Shown here one piece after another: positions 9,095 to 16,778 of a stretch of DNA of 64,000 nucleotides. This DNA comes from Clostridia bacterium. GTDB taxonomy: Bacteria > Bacillota > Clostridia > Lachnospirales > Anaerotignaceae. The notes under the pieces are model-generated. The model worked only from the letters and a program-made list of their open reading frames with translations. It had not been told where the DNA came from and did no database searches. The position numbers and the translations under genes are program-made. The stretch covers positions 7,558-71,557 of the forward strand of contig JALFWW010000018.1 of NCBI GenBank assembly GCA_022786605.1. The letters run 5' to 3'. Within the stretch, counting starts at the first letter, position 1. Each line of letters opens with the position of its first letter.

Positions 9095-12000
9095 TTAATT
9101 CAGTTTCAGATACTGTGCCCAGTCACGATCAGGCAGAACGTCTGTCCATGTTTCATAAACACCGTCTTTGTCCTTTTCGTATTCATGGCTGCTGGTCGCT
9201 TCCTGGATTGCCAGATAGTACCATGCAGTTGTATCCATGTTGTCAGGGAACACATTCATATCTTCATGCAGCGCGTCCGCATCTTCAGGCAGACGATTCA
9301 GCACACGGTTGATCATAGTCACCGCTTCCGCACGGGTAATGTAACGGTCGGGACCAAATGTGCCGTCGGGATAACCGCTGATCCAGCCTTTTTCTGCCGC
9401 ACGGTTGATCTGGTTTGCTGCCCAGTGACCGTCAATATCGCTGAACAGGTTTTCGCCGCTGTAGCCTTCGCTGTCAAAACGTGCCGCGATAGCCGCGAAT
9501 TCCGCACGGGTGATATAAGCGTTGGGATCAAAGCTGTTGTTATCTCTGCCGTATACGATATCCATATCGTACATGGTGGATACAGCCACATTGAACCAAT
9601 CGTCTGTAAATACGTCGTTGAAAGGATTCTGATCTGTCAGATTCTTTTCTCTGACATCATCCTGCAGCAGACGGAAGAAGATGGACGCTACTTCCGCACG
9701 GGTGATGTTGCGTTCGGGATGAACCAGACCATCGGAGTAACCAACCACATAATCAAAGTGATCGTCACCGTTCAATGCTTCCGGTGTTTTGTCGGGTTTA
9801 TTGTTGGGTTTGTGACTGCCGCCGCCACCGGAACCGCCGCCATTGTCTTTCACAAAGACAGCTTTCAGTACAGCACCGGGGATGTCACTTTCATCCATTT
9901 CATACTTGTCCACAGCGCCCAGATTCTTTGTTTCTTTGCCGATGGTAACTTCTACTCTGTCCAGTTTCCAGCCATCGGCTGCTTCCATTTTGAATTTCTG
10001 TTTGTCAACGCCATAAGGAATTTCTACAACTTGTGTTTCATTTGCACCAATGGTATCCACGTCTTTTACAACGACCTTACCCTTCCCCTCAACAATGACT
10101 GTCATCAGGTGTTCTGTTGTACTGCCGCCGCCTTTGACTTCATAAGTCAATTTAGGCACAGGGAATGTTTCGGTGCTGCCTACTGTACCATTGGAATCCA
10201 CAGGTGTCAGAGTGGCTACTACGTTGGTTTTTACGATGTATGTGCCTTTTGTTGTCTGAGGATTTGTCAAGTGTACATCGTAGGAGAACTGCACAGGGGC
10301 AAAGTTGCTGACAGGCACATTGATGTCCCAAACAAAATGTTCACGGGTTTCGCCGTCTGCGTCAGCCACACCTTCGGGATAATAGGTTACAACAAAATCG
10401 TAACGACCATCTGCTGTTGCACCTTTGAAGAAACCATAAGTGGTGCTTCCTTCAGGAAGTTCAGCAGATTTAATTTCTTCTTTATTCAGTGTTACTTTAT
10501 TCTCATATTTACCAACAGTAATGGTCATATTTTTCAGATTTACAACATCAAAGTTGTAGTCATTGCCCTTATTGTCTTTGCCCTGACCGATGATGTCGAC
10601 AACCTGAGAGCCTTTAGCCAGCAGGTAGTAAATGTCATTCTGGATATCATCAAAACTTACTTCTTTACCATCTGCCAGATAGGTCATAAAAGCATGACCC
10701 CAAGGATGATCTTGAACACTAGTATTTCCTAATACCGCATAGCAATGGTATTTTTCACTCAATTCGTGGTACAGTTTTGCTGTTTTATACAGTGCAACGT
10801 CGACCGTAGTGGGAAGCACTGTATTACCTTTTGGAATGTGATTATTTTTATCCATACCCTCATAAGGCTGAATATATTCTTCCACTGCACTATAATGATT
10901 TTCTACATCCTGTAAATAGGTATTCCAATTACTAGGAATAAACTGATCTCCACCCTCTAAGTAATGACGGATGCTCCAGCAGTCAGGTCCAGCCATAATT
11001 TGATTTTCACCATTTGTTGCCTGCTGAGAATTGATGGCCTGAGCAGGTTCATCAAACATATAGGTGATACCGTCGCTGACAAAAATCACATGTTTTCTGC
11101 TGTCTTCTACATCTGTATCCGCAACCAGCATTTTCTGTGCTGCCAAAAGACCCGCATGGGTATTGGTGCCGCTGGAGATTTTCTGTGTGATTGCAGCTTC
11201 AATATCATCATACTCGGTTACCAAATCTTTCCATTCAGTTACATGTGTTTCTTTGTTGAAGATTACAACGCCAACTTTTACGGTTGCTCCATCTTCTTCT
11301 GCTTTCTTCTGCAGGTCTTTCAGCATATCCAGTGCCTGTGTTTCCACAGTATTGCTTGTGGATTTATCCAGTACGAATACCACATCAGAAACCAGTTCTT
11401 CTTGCGCGGAAGGCAGAGAAAGGGTCACTGTGGAGTTGTAATTGCTGTCCAGTGGTGTTGCTTCTTTATTCTTGGAATGATCCCATGTAGGAGGTTCGGG
11501 GGGATCAACAGGGTCTTTTTCTGTCAAAACGCCGTCCAGATGGAAAGCGGGCTGCAGTTCTTCATCATTTGCGTTTACTTTGTAGCTTGCGCCGATGTAG
11601 CTGAGTTTCTGCCATGTGAAATCATAATTTTCATTGGTGTATGTATTGTTACCGATTTTGAAGATAAATTCTGTGACATTCCCGCTTTCATCCATTGTCC
11701 ATTCGCTGCCTGTTCCGACAGGTGCGCTGGAAACTACGTCATAATCTTCATGGGTGCCCAGTGGTTTCAACTGATTCCAGTTTTCAATCTGCTTCTGGGC
11801 AGCCTCACCTGTATAAGCCTGTTCTGTACTGGTGCCTGCTATTACTTTTGCGCCAGTTGCCAGATAGGAATAATCTTCGGGATTTTCTGTTACATCACCG
11901 TCTGTATAATTCAGTACATACAGGAATACAGGCAGTTTTTCTTCCGGTTCTGTGGGGTCAACAGGACCGCCGAATGCCCATACCGCATAGACAGTTACAG

Positions 12001-13486
12001 GAACATCTGCAACATCAACTTCTTGGATGATTGTACCTTCCGGTACTTCGTTTGCGGAGTTAAAAATATTTGTCTGGGTTGTACTCCATCCCCGGAATTC
12101 AACTTTTTTATCGCCCTCAGGAGCATGGGTAGGACCTTCTGTTTTCAGGGTTGCTGGAGCATTTTTCGGTACATTTACAACTACATTGCTACCTTCGCCA
12201 CCATTTGCGTCATAGGTCAGTGTAACTGTATCTGCTCCAGTGCCTGGAATGATAACAGTAGGATCACCAATCTGTTCCTTTGGAATTGTCTGATCATGAT
12301 CGTTAGAATCTTTATATTTCAAAGTAACATCCTTATTTGTTTTATACTCTGTATCCTGTTCAGATGTCACAATGGGTTTCACTTTAAATGTTGCAGTAGC
12401 TGTTTCTGCTGGAATATCACCAATTTCCCATGTTACCACACCATTTTTTACAGAAATTGTTCCTGTTTGAGTTTCTGCACTACCTTCTACATACTCGAAA
12501 GCATCTGTATTGATGACATCGGTCATGACAGCACCTTTACCAGCAGACACTGTATTGATTTCTCCTGCCCATTTTTTCAGAAGTTCTTCCAATTCAGATG
12601 CATAATTTGCGCCTGTTACATTCTGGTAGTGGTTATCACTTGCCAAGCTTTCCAAATAGTCATCTGCTTCATTATCCAATGCAATCCCGATGGTATACAG
12701 CTGATAGCCTGCGGCTTTGATTGCTTCCGCCTGTTCGGAACCATCCCAATTGGGATCACCAATGGAACTACCCTGCTTACCAGGCGCACCATCGGAAATG
12801 AATACAACATAGCCGGGGCGAGTTTGATCTTCTCTGTCATTCAGCATACTATAAGCTTCCTGCAGTGCAGAAGTATAGTCTGTACCACCGTCAGCATTCA
12901 TTGCATTCAATGTATTCTCTACAGCTGCAACATCTTTTGTCAAATCCTGCCGTTGACGAATGGCATCTACAGATTCGAACCAATCCCGCTGTGTATGCGC
13001 AAAGCCAATCACTGCCATCTGGTTATCATTTTCGCCAGACAGAATGCTGTCAGCAAAGGTCTTACCAACTTTTTTTGCTGTATCAATTCTGGGTTCTTTT
13101 CCTTTTTCCCCGGTACAAGATTTAGGTACAAGCCAACCAGTTAAACCTTGATAATATCTTGCTCCGCATTCAGGGCATTCTACCAAGCCCCAACCTGCAC
13201 TTTTAAATTCAGAACTAGGGGTTTTACAAGGTTCCCCAACACTGGATGCCATACTGCCGGAGTTATCCACCACCAGTACCACATCCGCTTTGGAAGCGGT
13301 AGACTGTGTCACAGGATCGCCCTGTACCGTCATGGTGATTGTGACTTCACCAGTGTTTTCGTTATACGTTGCTGTTTTAGACGCTGTCACATCCCCTTCC
13401 TTCGCCATTGCCGTCACAGGCAACAAGCCGCACAGCATGACGAATGTCAACAGGAAGCTCAGCGTCCGCTTCACTTTGTTTCTCAT
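9095..13486 (-). CDS. large SLH-anchored adhesin with two vWA modules and a Listeria/Bacteroides-type repeat
   Basis: Signal peptide; VVLVVDNSGS and VVFVLDKSTS MIDAS motifs; TLTYDANGG...FRGWS...VTVYAVW repeat; three C-terminal SLH repeats (ITRAE x3). Confidence 0.88.
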   Translation of the reverse strand: MRNKVKRTLSFLLTFVMLCGLLPVTAMAKEGDVTASKTATYNENTGEVTITMTVQGDPVTQSTASKADVVLVVDNSGSMASSVGEPCKTPSSEFKSAGWGLVECPECGARYYQGLTGWLVPKSCTGEKGKEPRIDTAKKVGKTFADSILSGENDNQMAVIGFAHTQRDWFESVDAIRQRQDLTKDVAAVENTLNAMNADGGTDYTSALQEAYSMLNDREDQTRPGYVVFISDGAPGKQGSSIGDPNWDGSEQAEAIKAAGYQLYTIGIALDNEADDYLESLASDNHYQNVTGANYASELEELLKKWAGEINTVSAGKGAVMTDVINTDAFEYVEGSAETQTGTISVKNGVVTWEIGDIPAETATATFKVKPIVTSEQDTEYKTNKDVTLKYKDSNDHDQTIPKEQIGDPTVIIPGTGADTVTLTYDANGGEGSNVVVNVPKNAPATLKTEGPTHAPEGDKKVEFRGWSTTQTNIFNSANEVPEGTIIQEVDVADVPVTVYAVWAFGGPVDPTEPEEKLPVFLYVLNYTDGDVTENPEDYSYLATGAKVIAGTSTEQAYTGEAAQKQIENWNQLKPLGTHEDYDVVSSAPVGTGSEWTMDESGNVTEFIFKIGNNTYTNENYDFTWQKLSYIGASYKVNANDEELQPAFHLDGVLTEKDPVDPPEPPTWDHSKNKEATPLDSNYNSTVTLSLPSAQEELVSDVVFVLDKSTSNTVETQALDMLKDLQKKAEEDGATVKVGVVIFNKETHVTEWKDLVTEYDDIEAAITQKISSGTNTHAGLLAAQKMLVADTDVEDSRKHVIFVSDGITYMFDEPAQAINSQQATNGENQIMAGPDCWSIRHYLEGGDQFIPSNWNTYLQDVENHYSAVEEYIQPYEGMDKNNHIPKGNTVLPTTVDVALYKTAKLYHELSEKYHCYAVLGNTSVQDHPWGHAFMTYLADGKEVSFDDIQNDIYYLLAKGSQVVDIIGQGKDNKGNDYNFDVVNLKNMTITVGKYENKVTLNKEEIKSAELPEGSTTYGFFKGATADGRYDFVVTYYPEGVADADGETREHFVWDINVPVSNFAPVQFSYDVHLTNPQTTKGTYIVKTNVVATLTPVDSNGTVGSTETFPVPKLTYEVKGGGSTTEHLMTVIVEGKGKVVVKDVDTIGANETQVVEIPYGVDKQKFKMEAADGWKLDRVEVTIGKETKNLGAVDKYEMDESDIPGAVLKAVFVKDNGGGSGGGGSHKPNNKPDKTPEALNGDDHFDYVVGYSDGLVHPERNITRAEVASIFFRLLQDDVREKNLTDQNPFNDVFTDDWFNVAVSTMYDMDIVYGRDNNSFDPNAYITRAEFAAIAARFDSEGYSGENLFSDIDGHWAANQINRAAEKGWISGYPDGTFGPDRYITRAEAVTMINRVLNRLPEDADALHEDMNVFPDNMDTTAWYYLAIQEATSSHEYEKDKDGVYETWTDVLPDRDWAQYLKLN

Positions 13487-13559
13487 TCTCTCACTCCTTC
13501 TTCATTTATGGTGCAGCAATGGTCCTGCACCCACGCCCCGCATCCATAGGCAGGGCTTC

Positions 13560-13616
13560 TCACACAAACACTGTTCTGTCCAAGCAAATGGCATGCTCAG
13601 ACACATTTCTTTTCAC
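13560..13616 (-). CDS. putative 18-aa leader peptide upstream of the adhesin
   Basis: AGAGGAGG RBS then GTG-KRNVSEHAICLDRTVFV-TGA, followed by two hairpins before the adhesin RBS. Confidence 0.35.
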   Translation of the reverse strand: MKRNVSEHAICLDRTVFV

Positions 13617-13846
13617 TTCTCTCCTCCTCTCTTCGAAAACAAGCGCCCCTTTCATGTATACAGAAAACAAAAACATGCCTCCCGTCATATTCTTTCTAGA
13701 GTCGCTTCCTGCTTCTTCTTGCCGATTGTCATCTTTGGTATGGGCTTCCTTTTCTGTCAGGAAAACCATGTATCAAGACAGGATTTCGTTAACAGAAAAC
13801 ATGCGCTGTATCTGTCAACAGTTCCTGATCTTATCGCTTGTTTGCC

Positions 13847-14656
13847 TTATTGCTGTTCCCAGCCTGTCATCATTTCCTCTGCCTCTAAAAGCTTGTCATA
13901 ATACTGCAAAAGCAGCATTGCCACATTATCCTGCAGCTGGGTCTGGGTTTGTTCGTAAAGTCTGAGCAGACATCTTGGATTTGCCTTTTCCGGCGCCACA
14001 TCCGCTATGTGGCACAGCTGCTTCATGGCTGCGTTGACGGTGATACGATGGATGTCCGTTCCTTTTTGCGAACGGAAGATACGCCCTTCTAAAATGTCAT
14101 TGCGCTTGCAGTAATCCAGCAATTCCCGCTGAAAGGTCTTGGGGATGGCAATTTTCCGTTCCTGCCCATTGCTGTGAAAAACGCCGCTGCCTTTTTTCAC
14201 AATATTCACTGTCAGTTCCGGCAGTTCCCAAATATGTAAACCCAAAACACAAATGGACTTGATGATAAAATAAAGCTGTTCTTTTTTCTGCTGTTTTGCC
14301 GCCTGCAGCAGACGAATATACTCGCTGCGCTGCAATACTGTCTGGGCGGTATCCTCCAAAGGCACACAGGACACCTGCCAGTTCCTTTCTCCCATAAATT
14401 CCAGATACTGATTCACCACTGCCAGCCTGCGATTGATGGTGCGTACTGCCAGAACCCCTTCCTGCTGCATGGCAGATTTCCACTCCTGGAGCGTATTTTT
14501 TCGAATCATGTCATCCGGCAAAAAATCATGCTGGAATTTCAATAAAATCCGGCGGTATTCCGCAATGGTCTCCGCTTTATTGCCGGCGTCTGTTTTTTCC
14601 TGTAAAAATGCTTCTATGCTTTCTCGCGTAAATTTGATTTCTTCCATATTTCTCAC
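13847..14656 (-). CDS. tyrosine-recombinase-like protein lacking catalytic residues
   Basis: Clear paralogue of 14941-15789 (LQRSEYIRLLQAAKQQKKEQLYFIIKSIC vs LTRAEYSRLVRTAERKGKERLSLLIQTIC); GLHIWEL replaces GIRVSEL, ANPRCLLRLY replaces VFPHNLRHLF, no LGH/TTxxY motif; ORF intact. Confidence 0.8.
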   Translation of the reverse strand: MRNMEEIKFTRESIEAFLQEKTDAGNKAETIAEYRRILLKFQHDFLPDDMIRKNTLQEWKSAMQQEGVLAVRTINRRLAVVNQYLEFMGERNWQVSCVPLEDTAQTVLQRSEYIRLLQAAKQQKKEQLYFIIKSICVLGLHIWELPELTVNIVKKGSGVFHSNGQERKIAIPKTFQRELLDYCKRNDILEGRIFRSQKGTDIHRITVNAAMKQLCHIADVAPEKANPRCLLRLYEQTQTQLQDNVAMLLLQYYDKLLEAEEMMTGWEQQ

Positions 14657-14756
14657 TCGTTATAACGAAATTCCCCTTCTGTCATACTTTTTTACGAAGA
14701 ATCGAAAAAAATCTAGGGATCGGTTCTCCGCGTCTTCTTTTTTCCACGTAAAAATT

Positions 14757-14828
14757 AAAAAAACATCAAAATAAAGCCGAAAATATATTTTTTTTGCAAA
14801 AATTATCGTTTCGGTTTTATTTTGATGT
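14757..14828 (-). terminator. hairpin plus U-tract inside the inverton
   Basis: ACATCAAAATAAAGCCGAAA (14763-14782) pairs with TTTCGGTTTTATTTTGATGT (14809-14828), 19/20; followed by a T-run on the minus strand; loop is long (26 nt). Confidence 0.55.
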
Positions 14829-14834
14829 CATCAC

Positions 14835-14863
14835 TTGCTATCGTATGTAAAAAGTGTTATATT
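14835..14863 (+). promoter_or_regulatory. sigma70 promoter inside the inverton, currently facing away from the adhesin
   Basis: TTGCTA (14835-14840), 17 bp, TATATT (14858-14863) with extended -10 TG at 14855-14856. Confidence 0.7.
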
Positions 14864-14940
14864 TGAAATGTAATACTTTCGTATTTTATATGATTATATA
14901 TGTGATACAATCTGATTTTTATGACAGAAGGGGAATTCTG

Positions 14941-15789
14941 TTATAGAACGAGGCCCATGCGTTCCAGTTTCTGACGATGGACGCGCCCGCTTTCCATAAT
15001 ATAGATTCTTGTGGTTTCAATATTGCTGTGTCCCAGCATATCCGCCAGTTTTGCAATATCTTTATCCAGACTGTAAAAAATCCGCGCAAACAGATGGCGC
15101 AGGTTGTGTGGGAATACTTTCTTGGGATTCACCTCTGCATCTTTGCAGAGTTTTTTCATTTCTGCCCAAATATTCCCCCGATGCAGGGGGCGTCCGCTTC
15201 TTGTAACAAATAAAATGCCTTTGGAAATACCGTTCTTTGCCGCATAGGCCTTCAGTTTTTTCTGCAGACGGACCGGCAGAAAAATCACCCGTCGTTTTCC
15301 CTTGCAATTGACTTCCGCTCTGCCCCGTTTGACTGCCTCCAATGTGATGAACTGCAGTTCAGAAACACGTATGCCTGTGGCACAGATGGTCTGTATCAGC
15401 AGGGAAAGACGTTCTTTGCCCTTTCTTTCCGCTGTACGCACCAGTCTGCTGTATTCTGCCCGTGTCAGTTCTTTTTCTTCACTGATAAATATTTCTTTTT
15501 GAATTTTCAATAACTTCATACGCAGATCATGTCTGCCCAAAAACGCAAACAGTCCATTGGCTGCCACCAATTTTCCATTGACCCCTGCGGGGCTGTATGT
15601 TTTTTCCAAATTTTCTTTCCATAACAGCAGGTCTTCTTTTCTGACTTCTTTTCCTGCCAGAAATTGTTCCAGCTCCCGCAGTTCTCTTGCGTATTTCTCT
15701 AAAGTTCCTTTGCTTTTCTCCTGTATTCTCAAAAACTGTAAATAAGATACTACGATATTTTTCGTCACAACGATCTGTTCCATCGTCAA
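14941..15789 (-). CDS. tyrosine recombinase (probable invertase)
   Basis: Complete catalytic set: TGIRVSEL (R), CKGKRR (K), PHNLRH (HxxR), LGH, TTRIY (Y); stop codon lies in the outer arm of the right site. Confidence 0.92.
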   Translation of the reverse strand: MTMEQIVVTKNIVVSYLQFLRIQEKSKGTLEKYARELRELEQFLAGKEVRKEDLLLWKENLEKTYSPAGVNGKLVAANGLFAFLGRHDLRMKLLKIQKEIFISEEKELTRAEYSRLVRTAERKGKERLSLLIQTICATGIRVSELQFITLEAVKRGRAEVNCKGKRRVIFLPVRLQKKLKAYAAKNGISKGILFVTRSGRPLHRGNIWAEMKKLCKDAEVNPKKVFPHNLRHLFARIFYSLDKDIAKLADMLGHSNIETTRIYIMESGRVHRQKLERMGLVL

Positions 15790-16118
15790 CCCTCCTTTTC
15801 TTTTCTACTTCTATTTTGGTACTTTTTCAGAAAAATACACAGGTATTTTTTCAAAAAAAACACCAAATATCAATTTTTACAGAAGATATCAGAAAAAATT
15901 TTCTATAAATATCACAATATAGAAAGTCATTTCCATTCATGGCAGGATACGGAAGCCCTCAACCTTCCCAATCAAAAAAGCGGAGTTTGCCGCCGTCCTG
16001 TAACATCACGCAAACTCCGCTTGATTCATCTTCTACTATTCTATTTTCCCCCAGCTTTTCTCCGGTTTTCCGCCAAATAGAACGCCCCTGTTTCTTCTTA
16101 TCCCCATTTTTGGCATAT

Positions 16119-16778
16119 TCAAAAATGCAGCCGCTTCTGCATCTCCTCATGGAACAGCTCCCAGCGGAAAATCACCAGAGCCGCCAGAGCCCCACCGCAG
16201 CAGACCACACAGACCAATGCCGGAAAAATAAATTTTATCACATGGGTCAGCAGCAATATCCACACCACCAAACCATATATGATCTCTATCAGCATATAAA
16301 TGATATATTCCCTTAGCTGCAGCCGCAAAAACCTTGCCATGACCACCATCATACCAATGGACACCGTGCAAAGGATAGGCAGGATAAAGTCCACAGACCA
16401 GCCATGCCAGCCTGTTCCCATATCCCATGCCACTGCCAGTATGGAAATGACCGTCATTTCCCATAATATCCCTTTGGGAATATTCCGTTTCTTTTTCCAT
16501 GCCGCGTACAGGCTGATCCAGAAGGAAACCACCCCAGCCAGCACAAACATAGACCAGAACAAATCCGGCACAAAGACCCGATTTGCCGCCAGACAGACCA
16601 TAACAGCAATGACGGACAAAAACAGGAAAATACGCATGATCTTCCGATACATATGGTCATACATCTGCAGTCTGGGAAATACATTTTCTTCTTTCTCTCC
16701 CCGCAGTTTCGCGCCGCAGAGAGGACAGTGTTCCATATTTCCCCGCACATGCACATGACAGGCGTCACAGAACTCCAT
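16119..16778 (-). CDS. zinc-ribbon membrane protein (DUF6320-like)
   Basis: Start MEFCDAC after an AGGAGG RBS; CxxC...CPLC then about 6 TM helices; overlaps the upstream gene. Confidence 0.7.
   Translation of the reverse strand: MEFCDACHVHVRGNMEHCPLCGAKLRGEKEENVFPRLQMYDHMYRKIMRIFLFLSVIAVMVCLAANRVFVPDLFWSMFVLAGVVSFWISLYAAWKKKRNIPKGILWEMTVISILAVAWDMGTGWHGWSVDFILPILCTVSIGMMVVMARFLRLQLREYIIYMLIEIIYGLVVWILLLTHVIKFIFPALVCVVCCGGALAALVIFRWELFHEEMQKRLHF

Larger units (their letters stand above)
14661..14945. mobile_element. invertible DNA segment (promoter inverton)
   Basis: Left site TATAACGAAA-TTCCCC-TTCTGTCATA (14661-14686) and right site TATGACAGAA-GGGGAA-TTCTGTTATA (14920-14945) are inverted copies (24/26), next to an intact tyrosine recombinase. 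Confidence 0.85.

Noticed and set aside
9053-13144. Long plus-strand ORFs (559 aa and 726 aa), and similar ones opposite der, rnj, mtaB, lon, dnaB and gdpP
   Set aside because: Antisense shadows of well-supported minus-strand genes; no RBS or recognisable motifs, and atypical composition
14653-14685. 10-codon ORF starting inside the left IR whose TGA overlaps the paralogue's GTG
   Set aside because: No convincing RBS in this orientation; could be chance
14883-14910. Leftward promoter-like TTGTAT-16-TAAAAT inside the inverton, which would imply an ON state
   Set aside because: Weaker match in very AT-rich DNA and upstream of the minus-strand terminator; not excluded without TSS data
13847-15789. 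Integrase pair as the end of a prophage, ICE or integron
   Set aside because: No phage, conjugation or cassette genes, no tRNA target and no direct-repeat att sites; the only sites found are inverted and local
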